Origin: Felis catus
Lineage: Eukaryota
DNA: 64,000 nt
Assembly: GCF_018350175.1 (NCBI RefSeq)
Contig: NC_058383.1
Span: 29,946,001-30,010,000 of the forward strand
Direction: 5' to 3'
The notes below the pieces were generated by a model that was given only the letters and a program-made list of their open reading frames with translations, ran no database searches and was not told where the DNA came from. Of this stretch, positions 36,190 through 47,649 are shown in pieces (positions within the stretch are counted from its first letter, which is position 1; each line of letters opens with the position of its first letter). The position numbers were made by a program, and so were the translations under genes.

Positions 36190-36500
36190 CCCTTGCAAGC
36201 AGCCAAGCCCAATTACCTACAAACACTTCCCAAAATAAGAGCTCACATCATACTTTGCTCGTGGTAAGGTATCGGGAAATTAATTGTTTCATTTCTCAAA
36301 GACCTTTGCTGTGCAATTAAAAAAAAAGCTGCCCTCCACCATAGCAATTATGTATAATTACTAATGAAAACAGGTGTCTTAAATGCCTTTTCAAATTGAG
36401 ACATAACTGGTTCATTATCATAGCAGGCAACTACCAATATCCAATTTTCAATGGGATGTTGAGATCAAACATAATGCAGAGGATTGTGGGGGCACACAAA
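36190..36500. promoter_or_regulatory. Candidate homeodomain-rich enhancer
   Basis: Repeat-free; multiple CAATTA/TAATTA/TAATTG, CAGGTG, ATCAAA. Confidence 0.35.
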
Positions 36501-37811
36501 GGGAATGGCACTTCCTGGATGCTGTTTATTAGAAGAATTTGGTGGAGGGGCAGAGGTTGACAAGCATTCAAATAAGAAGCAGAGAGTATCTTGGGGAAGT
36601 GGAGCCCTGAGTGGATGAGAAGTATAAAATAGTAACAGTCTACAGGGATAAAATCTCTTCCTCCAAAAGCTTTTTCAGGTAGTGGAATTAGCTCAGTCAT
36701 GCTGTTTATTATCTCTGGGCTCAGTTTATGCATCTGTTAAGTGGCCTTGAGAAAACTTAAATGTGTTTGACCACAGAACTCCTTTTATATGTAAGATATA
36801 GGGGTGCCGTGGGGAAGTAACTGAGAGAATGAATGAAAGGGAGTATATAATGCCCGAGGGTCAAGATGTGATTCCATTCTCTTATTCTCCTAAATTTAAA
36901 GTTTTCTTCAATTCCTAGTTTCTGTGACCTTGTGATGATAAAGGCAGACCAAGTATAATAAGGTATCCAAGCATGGAGGAAATTGGAACTTTGCGTTCCT
37001 GTTCCTACACTTCCTGTGGCATTGCATGCTGGGAATAATAATTCGTGAGCAGGTGCATAAAGCACGGAGTTCACAGGGGACCAGTTGAGAGGGGTAAGAC
37101 CTTGGCCTGGCTGGTTCAGGACACCATGTTGATGGGCCTGAGAGGTGGACACATTTGCTGGAAGTGTATGCATTCCCTGCCTCCTGGTTTTAGCTGGAAA
37201 TAGTGACGTGGAATCAATATTTACTCTTAATTTCATTCTTTGGGGATACCCTGTTTTAATCCAGAGGATGGAGCTTGTGGTATCCATCCTGTTGACAATA
37301 TACCTACCAGAATGCCCCTCTGGACTTCATGATTTCCACAAATGGAAGCCCCAGGAGCTGTTCTGCTCTAAAACGTTTCCATAGCCATGTGTCTGAGGAA
37401 AGCCGCATTCACCCTTTCCCTCCTGGGAAATTCTCAATGGAAATTGACATATTACTGCAATGAGAGTCCTACAGCAGAGAAACCCAATTAACTGGACTTA
37501 GCAAGTCCTTCCTAAATCTATTTGGCCACAGAAGCCCTTTTATAGGTAAGAGCTATTAACAGCCCACTGAGCTAGTGTTCCATGGAGTGCATTTTAAGAA
37601 ACATTGGTTTACAGTCTTTCTCTTTGGCTTCTCTATCAACTTTCAAATTCTCATGTATCTTGATGAGTATCTTTCTCAGTTAATGAAAAACTGAGCTGCA
37701 GGGCAATTTTGTTTTTGTCCATCCAATAGTCTGTGAATTTATCTGTTCTCCTCTCTGGCAGGTGATTCTGGGGAGTTTCCAATTACAGAATCCTCATTTC
37801 TGCCTCTATTC

Positions 37812-37935
37812 CAGGTTTGCCAGATAAAATATAAGACAACCAGTTGAATTTGAGTTTCACATTAACAACGAATAATTTTTTAGTCCGTACTTACACTGTC
37901 TTTTTTATTCGATAGAGCTAGGAACTGTACCATTA
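37812..37935. mobile_element. MER53-like hAT MITE
   Basis: ttgccagataaaatataagacaaccagttgaatttgagtttcac...aataattttttagt. Confidence 0.65.
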
Positions 37936-39099
37936 GGGTGGATATGTACCCCAAGGCTGGCCAGTTAGGGAACCCCTTTGCTCTAGTTCCTAAAGTCTCT
38001 TCCGGGGGGTTAGTATCCTACCTAAGCCAGGTTAATAGAAGACCTTCCCCTGCAATTCCTGATTTGGTGCTCAAGGAAAAGGACTTTGCCTCTCATGTCA
38101 CAAAGCTGAAAGAATTGTAGTTGGTGACTGGGGACAACCATCCACTCCTCCACGTGGAGAAAACTGTCTATGGGGGGTGGGGTGAAGATGAGGCCACCAC
38201 CTGTGAAGAAGCTAGCCAGAAGATGGAGAGAGCCGGCTCTCACACTCTCACCGATGTCCACTGATAGTTACTCCTTTCTGAGACTAGTCCAACCTTCAAC
38301 TTGCTAGTCACACAGCCAGTCCACCATCTTTTCCTTTATTTATTTTTATTATCTTTAACATCTGCTCTACTTCAGGGATTTCTTGGTGATTACCTTTGCC
38401 CATTGCCTGGTGTTTAAGACGACTCAGGTCACTTCCTTGACCTTTGTAGTACAGTCAGATTCATGGAACCAGCATGTCACCTATGGACCTCCTCCCACCC
38501 TCAGCTTACCACCTTTGACCACTGCTAGGTTGCTAGTGTTTGGATTTGAACACAGTCCTGAAGGATCGGTATTCGTCAGCACAAAACACAAGCACAGCTA
38601 CCAGATGTGATTTTGCTGCAAACTTTCTCGCTCCTGTCATTGCAACAAGGAGTGGTTCCTGCCCACAGTTTGCTTTGTCACTTAGAATGCTTAACAGTGG
38701 AGCAGCTGTTTGACATCAGCATGAGAGCGAAGTCATGGGAATCTCTGGCGTGTTGAAAGGAGGTGAAGCCAAATCCTCCTCATTGGAGCCCCTGTGCATT
38801 ATGTAAGGGATGCAGTGACTGTTGGAGGGGTGGCTGGCAGGCTCCTGATTGTCTCAGAGACATTCATTGGGATGAACCAAGCTCTGCTAATATTCTGGGA
38901 CTGATAAAGAGTTTGCTTGACTTGCAAATCTCCAGCCCTACTGTATGTATGCTATTCAAAAAGATGTTAAGAGAAATAAATCCTAGAAACAATGTTTCTA
39001 CTTGGGGACTGAGATGACCCTGTCCTTTCCCTAGGCCCCTCATACCTTTTTGCTTATAGGTTATGACCCAGCTGTTCTGAATTCTTATTCATTCTTTGT

Positions 39100-39630
39100 A
39101 CACGTTGTCTCAGCCCTGTGTCTGAACACACTGCTCTCTCTTACTGGAGTTTTGGGCCTGTAACCACGGCATCCCAGTCCACCAATCAGCAATGTCCAGT
39201 CCTCTGGCTATGGTGATTGGTTTAGGGGTGGCCATGTGACCTCTGGTGTATCCAATCAGAATAAGCAGGTCTTTGTCTGGAAACTGTGGACCAGAGAAGC
39301 TGTTTTCTTCTGGGTGCCGTGTTGGGTAGATCACAGAAACTGTCTTCTTCTGGGTGCTGTGTTGGGTAGATGCTAAGCCAGGGACTCTTACAGACATTTT
39401 GCTACTGGGAGGAAAGCTGTCCCCGGGACACAACCAAGAGAACTGCAGAGCGTTGAAGCTGGAAAACTAATGATTGTTGAAAAACTAATGATATTTTCAA
39501 TCTCTGGAGCAACCCTCATCAAAAATTCATGCTAATTCTGGACTTTTCTGTTATACAACTCAATAAATTTTCTGTCTTGCTGAAGCCAGTGTGAGTTTAA
39601 TTTTCCATTACTTACAACACAAAGTGTTAT
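39100..39630 (+). mobile_element. MLT1J/K-like MaLR LTR with an internal 40-bp duplication
   Basis: ggtgattggtttaggggtggccatgtgacc...ccaatcaga...ctggacttttctgttatac..caataaa. Confidence 0.75.
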
Positions 39631-40164
39631 ACTCAAAGCTCCTCTTTCTTTCTCATGAACTTTTTGTAGCGAGAGCTATACTTAAAATCAAGTCAGTCAT
39701 TCCAATCGGTATGATTGACTTTAGCTGAAGGTACAGGCTGCATTTTGATCTTCTGGGAATACCCTCCGCCTCCCTTGTAATCTACCTTGTCAGCGTTTAT
39801 TGAACACCCGCTCTGTTCCAAGCACTGGGGCAGATGATCTGTGACATCCCAGTAATAGCAAAGATCCCATCTGCGCGGTAGTAGCAGTATTGAGAAGCAC
39901 ACAGAGTCCTGAACCGTGGCTTAAAAAATACATGTGGCTTTGCCCCCAATCTGTTTGGTGACCTTAGGCTGATCACTACCCCTCCCTGGGCTTTAGCTTC
40001 TAATCTATGATGTGAGGGCATTTGTTGACCACTCTCTAAAATCCTCTCCAGAATTACATGCCACTATTTTTACATTACATTATTACATTACAGTTACATT
40101 ATTTGCATACAAATAATGTAAATATAGTTGGTATTGTATCTGGTCAAAACGGAAAGAGCTTCAG

Positions 40165-41305
40165 GCTTATTTACCTAACAATATATGTGAAGAGTCTACT
40201 ATGTTCCAGGTTTCAGAGACACAGTCGTGAACAAAGCAGATAAAATTACCTGCTGGTGGGGAAGGCAGTCAATAAATAAGTACCTAAGGTAGATACATAG
40301 TTGATCCCCATTTTTCATGGATTCTGTGTTTGTGAATTAGCCTGCTTGCTGAAATTTATTTGTAACCCCCCAATCCATACCCAGGGTGCTTTCACGGTCA
40401 TTGGCTCACATGTGCAGGGTGGTGAAAATTTGTCACTTAATGCACACGGTTCCCAGCTCAGGTCAAACAGGGCGATGCTCTGCCTTCTTGTTCAGCTCTC
40501 ACACGTGAAACAAGTGTTCTTTTAGCAATCCGTCTAGTGCCAAGTTCTTCGCGTTTTTGTGCTTTCCGTTGGTTATCTCGCTGTTGAAGTCCGCCCCCAA
40601 CCGTAGTTCTGAAATGCTGTCTAGCATCCCTGAGTGCAAGAAGGTTGGGATGTGCGTCACAGACAAAATACCTGTGTTGGAGAAGTTTCATTCAGGTGGG
40701 CCTTCAAACAGAGACACAGAAAACAAGGTTCCGGATTGTTTGGTTGACAGAAATGTTGTGCCTGGAGGCTTGCAGGAACCTAATCCCCTATTTCCCCTAG
40801 TAGCAAATGTTTCAGTATTTGCGAATTCAGACTGTCCTGCGATTTCATGGCATGTAGGTATTGCAAATAACAAGCAGGGACCGGATACTGTGTCAGATTC
40901 CGGCGAGTTACTGAGAAGAGTACAGCAGGGAAGCAGGAAAGAGAGTCCATGTTTTAAGAGGCTATCATCCAGGTGAGTTTCAGGCGGAGGAAATGGCAAG
41001 AAGGAGCCAGGAGTCTGCAGTGGAAGTGTGTTTGCATGTTGCAGGAGCAGCTGGGAGCGAGCTGGGGGCAGGGGGAGGTGTTGAGGTTGAGGAAGGAGTG
41101 GAGGCGGTGTCACGCAGGGCTTTCTGGGCTGTTGTGTGGACTTGCGCTTCGCTCTGATCCCCAAGGAGGGATTTGATCTGAGTTAGTTTGAACGGGGTCC
41201 CCCTGGCTGCGCCGTTGAGAACGGACTGACACAGGAGGAGGGGAAGGGAGAACAGTAGGGAGGCTGTTGCAGTAACTCGGCCAGAGCTGATGGTGAGTCT
41301 TGAAC
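40165..41305 (-). mobile_element. L2 remnant split by MER82
   Basis: L2 3' end and body on both sides of 40297-40880. Confidence 0.65.
40297..40880. mobile_element. MER82-like Tigger-family transposon, internally deleted
   Basis: gaaatttatttgtaaccccca...ttcccagctcaggtcaaacagggcgatgctctgccttcttg...cttgcaggaacctaa. Confidence 0.8.
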
Positions 41306-41339
41306 AACAAACTTGCACAGTCACCATTAGCCTCCTAAC

Positions 41340-41850
41340 TGAGCAGGGGTTGCTGGGAGTTTGAGAGGCTCTCTCTCACTGCAAAAGTCCTTGAACTTGA
41401 GCCGTAAATTATCCCCAAAGTTTCATTAGCGCGCCTTGGCATGGCTCTCTCCTCGGTCGCCCTGTGCCACGTTCCTCCTGGAAAGCGGCTATAAATAACC
41501 TGTGACTCTGCTCTCATCAAGGGAATAAGACCTAGAGTCGCCTTCCGGACACATTAATAAGCACCCTTTCCTCGCCCCCAGATTAATCTTGTTATGAGGC
41601 AGCGTGGCCGTGGGTATCTCCTAACCATCATTCGCTTCCAGCGCTCAACCATCCTGTTAGTCACCAGGCCGTGCTTCTCCCCAGTGGCCTCAGGAGCTTC
41701 GTGTTGGGTTGGGTTGGGTCGGGTCGGGTTTCCAGCCAAATACCTTTCCCAGATAAATCCACTGTGTTGTGATAGGGAGATGGTACTTTTGATCTAATCA
41801 ACTGAATTCGTCCTTATGGCCGATCCACAATTGCATGTAATTTTGGACAA
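41340..41850. promoter_or_regulatory. Candidate enhancer, CpG-enriched
   Basis: GTAAATTA, CTATAAATAA (MEF2-like), AGATTAATCT palindrome, many CpGs. Confidence 0.4.
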
Positions 41851-42084
41851 GTTCTGTGCAAAATCTAAGGTTCAGGGGGAAGGCAAGAGGTCCGAATTCA
41901 ACTTTCACCAGGCTCCTTAGGGGCAGCAGGGGAGAGGAAGGAAGAGAGAACTAACGTCTGGGGAGCATGTACCCTGTTCATTCAGTCATTTGTTAATTCA
42001 GTATTTACTGAACACCTACCATGTGCTAGGCATCATTCTACATGCTGAGGGCAGAGCACAGAGCCAGTACATGTATTAGTCAGT

Positions 42085-42260
42085 TAAACGAGAAGCAGAA
42101 TGGTTCACTGGCTAGGAGCATAGACTCTGGAGCCAGCCGGTGCTCAAACCCCGATCCCAGTTACATGACCTTGGGCAAGTCATTTAACCACCCCCCCCCC
42201 CACCGCCTCAGTAACATCATCTGTAAAATAGGAGATGACAAAAGTACCTTACTGAGAAGT
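42085..42260 (+). mobile_element. MIR
   Basis: agcatagactctggagccag...atgaccttgggcaagtcatttaacc...catctgtaaaatagg. Confidence 0.8.
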
Positions 42261-42942
42261 AGAAAATTATTGTACCCCTAAATACAAAGTACCCCCCCCC
42301 TTTCCTCCACCTGAGGAACACTGGGGACAAGAATCTTAGGAAGAGAACAATGGAGTATAAGCCTAGTGGGAAGCCTTAAAGCCCTGCTGGTCCGATACTC
42401 CCTTTATGCTACATAACAAATAACAAATAACTACCATGGGTTTTCTTGACCACCTCTGGGGGTGCCTACTTCCACAGGCAGTCCATCTCATTCTCAGACC
42501 TCTGGTTTGCCTGAAATGCCTGTCGTGTGTTAACACATTCCCTCTCCGGCTTCTTTTCAAGCCAGTTTGGCTTCCTGTTTATTCACAAAAGGGTTATTCC
42601 CATTCAGAGGACGCATGCCCTTTGTTTTTCCAGTCTTGAAAGGAGCTATCAAACCTTCTTGGGGTTCAGTGAATTATTCTTCCTCCTGGCATTTTTTTTA
42701 GGATAGTTCTGACGGTGGTTATACTATCTTTCGTTCAAATACAAAAGGCCTCTATTTGCCGAACGGGACTAATGGTTTCTGAGCCCAGAGTAGGGGCTAG
42801 GACCAGTGATACAAGTTTTGTACAGGTAGAATATTCTAGAGATAATAATAGCTAACATTTATTAGGTGCTCATTGTGACCAAGCACTGTGCTAACACTGT
42901 ATATGGATTATTGGTTCATTTTATCCGATTACAATCCTATGA

Positions 42943-43153
42943 TTTTTTTTCAAATTAAAAAAAATTTTATTTGACAGAGAGAGAGAGCGCACAGGCAGGG
43001 GAGAGGAGGAGAGGGAGAGGGAGAGAGAATCCCAAGCAGGTTCCACGCTCAGTGCAGAGCCCAACGCGGGGCTTGATCCCACAACCCTGGGATCACAAAC
43101 TGTGCCAAAATCAGAAGTCAGACGCTCAACTGACTGAGCCACCCTGGTGCCCC
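42943..43153 (-). mobile_element. Can-SINE inserted in a MIR
   Basis: TSD cctatgaYtttt. Confidence 0.94.
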
Positions 43154-43437
43154 AGCCCTATGACTTTTATTAACCCTTTTCAGTAGTAGTAGAATCAAGG
43201 CTCAGAGAACACAAGTTACTTGTCTACTAACAGGTAGTGGAATTGTATTTTGAGCTCATGTCATCTAACCTCAGAGCCCACTTTCTTTATAACCAGACCA
43301 CAGCTTCCCTGATTCATCGAGGTTCCCGTGATGTAATATAAAATACCACGTATACTCTAAATTACTACATGGCTGCAAAGCTAAGTTTATCTCTGTGCCT
43401 CATGGCATCCTTGACATATGGTACTCCATAAACACTG

Positions 43438-43468
43438 GTGAATGAATGAATGAATGAATGAATGAATG
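43438..43468. repeat. (TGAA)n, probably an L2 tail
   Basis: Seen directly. Confidence 0.85.
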
Positions 43469-43509
43469 ACTTCATGCATAGGATTGGTACAGTATGACTG
43501 GCTATTTAA

Positions 43510-43726
43510 AAGTTTTTATTTTTATTCTTTTTTTAGAGAAGAGAGAGTAGGGGAGAGCCAGTAGGAGAGGGAGAGGGGAGGGAGAGAGAGAGGGAGAGAG
43601 AATCTTAAGCAGGCTTCATGCTCAGCACAGATCCTGACATGGGGCTCAATCCTATAACCCTGGGGTTGTGACCTGAGCCAAAATCAAGAGTTGGACGCTC
43701 AACTGACTGAGCCACCCAGGCACCCC
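43510..43726 (-). mobile_element. Can-SINE, older type
   Basis: aaaatcaagagttggacgctcaactgactgagccacccaggcacccc. Confidence 0.94.
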
Positions 43727-43767
43727 ATGTGTGGCTTTTTAAACCTGCTTTAAAAGTTAAATTTTCT

Positions 43768-43989
43768 GGGGCGCCTGGGTGGCGCAGTCGGTTGAGCCTC
43801 TGACTTCGGCCAGGTCACGATCTCACGGTCCGTGAGTTCGAGCCCCGCGTCGGGCTCTGGGCTGATGGCTCAGAGCCTGGAGCCTGCTTCCAATTCTGTG
43901 TCTCCCTCTCTCTCTGCCCCTCCCCCATTCATGCTCTGTCTCTCTCTGTCCCAAAAATAAATAAAAAACGTTGAAAAAAAATTAAAAAA
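43768..43989 (+). mobile_element. Can-SINE, youngest felid type
   Basis: ggcgcagtcgg/gccaggtcacg/gggctgatgg variants; perfect 16-bp TSD aaaagttaaattttct at 43752-67 and 43990-44005. Confidence 0.97.
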
Positions 43990-44963
43990 AAAAGTTAAAT
44001 TTTCTTTTATTGACCACCAAAGTTATTATTGAGTATAAAGCCTAATTTCTTGGAACTGGAGTTTTTGGAAGCACCCTGGGAGCAGTAACCTTGGGTTTGG
44101 GGAATTAGGAGCATTTGGGGGAGCCAGAAACCTTCAGTGACTCTCCTTCCCTGCTCCTGTCCGCTTAACCTTGATAAATCCCTAGGTCTCCTCTGAGGTC
44201 CAACCTGCGGCATTAAAAAAACAAATTGGAGAGCTCCAGTGTCAAAGAGATTTTTATTGCTATTTTTTTTTCATGAGCTTCTTATCCCTAAGGTACTTGA
44301 AGGAATAAACAAGCTGTGGATCATTTGCAAGGGCATGTAACCTATTCATTTGTCCATCGGCTCAGCAATGGAATGGAGCGAAGGGGATGACATTAATTTT
44401 GCTAGAAGCAACTAGTGAGGTCACACCACTTCCCGCTCCAGACTAAGATTATCTGTAGGAGCTGGTTGGTGGTCCAGAGGTGGGAGAACTGGTAGGAGGT
44501 GCACCTGGAGTTTGAAACCAGTGTCTGTAACCACTCATATTTAGCAATGTCCACAGGGATCACCGTCCTGGGACTGTGATAAGGTTGGGACACAAGCTCC
44601 TTGAACAGCTGTGTTCACGAGTTAGCAATCCTACTTAAAGGGTTTGTTTGGAATAGATGTACCATGAGCTGATTAGTCCCCAAAGCAGGCTTCCAGAATC
44701 AGGAGGACACAGAGCTTTAAAGTGAGGGAGACTTTGGGTGCCAACTCCACTCCTTGGTTGTTTGAATTCCTCGTTGGTGAGGATGTCAGTCTGGTGGAAT
44801 CTGCATGAGGTGAGGTGGTTTCATAAAAATAGCAAGTTTTTTTAGAGTTGATCACGCTGGGGTTCAAATCCTGATTCCACTACTTACAAGCCATGAGAAC
44901 CTAGGCAGGCCTCTTGGCCTTTCAAAGCCTCAGTGTTCTCATCTATAAAATAGCAATGAACTT

Positions 44964-45154
44964 GGGGTGCTGGGTGGTTCAGTTGGTTAAGCATCAGACT
45001 CTTGGTTTTGGCTCAGGTCATGATCTCAGGGTTCAGTTCAGGCCCCGCATTATTCTCTGCACTATCAGCATGGAGTCCACTTGGGATTCTCTCTCTCCCT
45101 CTCTCTGTACCCCTCCTCCACTCACTCTGTCTCTTGAAATAAATAAACTTAAAA
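44964..45154 (+). mobile_element. Can-SINE inserted in a MIR
   Basis: Perfect TSD aaaatagcaatgaac at 44947-61 and 45155-69. Confidence 0.95.
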
Positions 45155-45341
45155 AAAATAGCAATGAACATATTTAATCATCCAGGATTGTCTGAGGATT
45201 AATGCAAAGTTTCTGGCATAGGCATGATTTCCAAGGTCTGGTCTCATTTTCTTTCCATGTTCGTCCTATATGCTACCAATACGAAAGGACAGATCCTATT
45301 CTTAGCCAATACTAATAATTTGTTAGAAACCTAATGCTTGA

Positions 45342-45563
45342 GGGGCGCCTGGGTGGCTCAGGTGGTTTAGCATCCAACTTCAGCTCAGGTCATGATCTCA
45401 CAGTCTGTGAGTTTGAGCCCCGCGTTGGGCTCTGTGCTGACAGCTTAGAGCCTGGAGCCTGCTTCAGATTCTGTGTCTCCCTCTCTCTCTGCTCATCCAC
45501 TGCTCATGCTCTGTCTCTCTCTGTCTCAAAAATAAATAAAAACATTTTTAAAAAATTAAAAAA
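45342..45563 (+). mobile_element. Can-SINE inserted in an antisense MLT1-like LTR (~45310-46080)
   Basis: TSD aaaccYRatgcttga. Confidence 0.95.
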
Positions 45564-46468
45564 AAACCCGATGCTTGAATTTAATAGAAAATCCAACCCA
45601 AGTTGCCATGAACAGCAAAGGTACATCTTGACCTGGGTAAACGAACATCTCAGAAGAAGCTTTGGCTTCAAGCAGGATTTGATCCAGCCTACACAGATAT
45701 TCTTCATCTTCCTCTCCAAACTCCTCTTTTCTGTCTCATTTCTAAAAGTGACTTCCCTCATGATTCAAAATGGCTGCCAGGAGCATGCGGGAGCCCTGTG
45801 CTTCCTTGTCCCAGGGCAGTAGGAACCAAGAATGCCTTTCCTCCTACACATAGGAGGGAAATATTTTTTTTTCCTCTAGCCAAAAGAGTTATTATCTCAT
45901 TGGCTCAAAATGTATCAGAGGCACTGAGCTGATCAGAGTGGCTTCCTGGTCAATGTGGACTGTTTTAAGCCAATCAGAGCCCCATCACTGCAAGTGAGTA
46001 TGTGTAGGCAGGGGACCAGGATCCCCAGCCCCAAATACCCTGTGGCTTTGTTGTGGACAGGAAAGGGGGACTGGATGCTAGTTGTTCTTTTTTCTTTTCA
46101 CTTGCCCCCAGAACAGACTACCTAGAACCCTCTAAGTTGTGACCTTGCACCATTTTGGAGGACCTCATGTGGCCCTAGATTTTAATGGGATGCTATTTTT
46201 AATCTTTAACAGCCCTGACTCATTTATTTTGTGTCACAATGAGATGAGAATCATCATCTGGGTCAGACTGTGGTCTCCGGGTCTTCCCAGCTGGAAAATC
46301 TCATGCAGCCCCTTTGAGAGTGGAAAATACACTCAATTATAAGGGAGTGAATTGGTACTAACTAAAGCACAGTGCCACAATTTGGTGGTGATTCAGAGGG
46401 AAATGATGGGTAAGGCTTAACAATGATGCCACAAGACATTTGCTTTAAGTTTAGTTGCATAGCTACTC

Positions 46469-46492
46469 TTTTTTTTCATGTTTTCATTTATT

Positions 46493-46527
<35 letters not shown>

Positions 46528-46695
46528 GAGTGTGAGTGGGAGGAGGGGCAGTGAGAGTGGGAGACACAATCTGAAGCAGGCTCCAGGCACTGAGCTGTCA
46601 GCACAGAGCCTGACCCAGGGCTCGAACTCGTGAACTATGAGATCATGACCTGAGCTGAAGTTGGATGCTTAACTGACTAAGCCACCCAGGGGCCC
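46469..46695 (-). mobile_element. Can-SINE with (GA)n expansion
   Basis: Full body. Confidence 0.95.
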
Positions 46696-46915
46696 TAAGA
46701 TCCTCATTATTCTAAGACAGCCCAGTCTCTACCACCTCCTGTGCCCGTCTTTCCACATCTGACCTGGGTTCAAATACAAGTCTCATCAGTTGTGACCTTA
46801 AGCAAGACATTACCTCTGTGATCCTCACTTTCCTCAACTGTAAAATGGCAATAATGATTCATTTCCCCTCTAGGGTTGTTGCAGGGATGCTGTGAGTAAA
46901 GGTGGCAAAAATACC

Positions 46916-47114
46916 GGGGCACCTGGGTGGCTCAGTCAGTTAAGCGTCTGACTCTTGATCTCGGCTCAGGGCATGATCTCACTCTTCCTGAGTTTGAGCC
47001 CCAAGTCAGGCTCTGTGCTGATGGCATGGAGCCTGCTTGGGATTCTCTTTCTGCCCCCTCTCTGCTCTCTCTCTTTCTCTTTCTCTCAAAATAAATAAAC
47101 TTAAAAAAAAAAAA
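46916..47114 (+). mobile_element. Can-SINE
   Basis: ggggcacctgggtggctcagtcagttaagcg head. Confidence 0.95.
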
Positions 47115-47649
47115 CACTTAGCAAGCACAAGTCAGGCACCTATGTGCATATATGGGATTGTGAATGCACTCGTGTGGCTGTTACCTCTTCAGTGATATCT
47201 CAGCTCCGGCCCTTCCCACCTTTTGTAGATGCTTAGGAATAAAAAGAGAAACACAGATGTGAAAGCATTTTCCTCCCACAAGTCAAAAAGAGTCCTAAAC
47301 GTAAGGCTGTTGTTAATATTAATTTACGGGATGGTGAGGAACATCCTGGGAGACTCCCTCTGGTGAGGATTTCATGAATTTCAAGAGCACAAATCCCGCT
47401 CCCCACAGAGCCTAACTTCCTCACCCTCGATTTTGCCGAGATGAATTCCAGGTTCCGGGTTCCCCAGGAGCCTGCCTCTTATTTTCTGACTGCTTCATTT
47501 ATTCCACTACAATGGATTTTCCATTTCATAGCAGAAAAAGAAAAAAAAAAAGAACCATGAAGCAGAAACAAAAGACATCTTCAATCTTTTTACTAATTGT
47601 ATTTCTTTGAACCCGATCATTCAGGAAAAAAGTGTGAACGAAGCCCCTT

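Noticed and set aside
36757-37287. Longest ORF (176 aa, minus)
   Set aside because: No recognisable domain or supporting gene structure; length is compatible with chance in 64 kb x 6 frames
40557-41164. Overlapping 139-aa and 158-aa ORFs
   Set aside because: Span MER82 and L2 remnants
43768-43850. tRNA gene (A/B-box-like sequence)
   Set aside because: tRNA-derived head of a Can-SINE, followed by (CT)n and an A-tail
45334-45822. 162-aa ORF and the many similar MAQSV.../GSSPASGSVLTAQSLEP ORFs
   Set aside because: Translations of Can-SINE sequence, not a gene family
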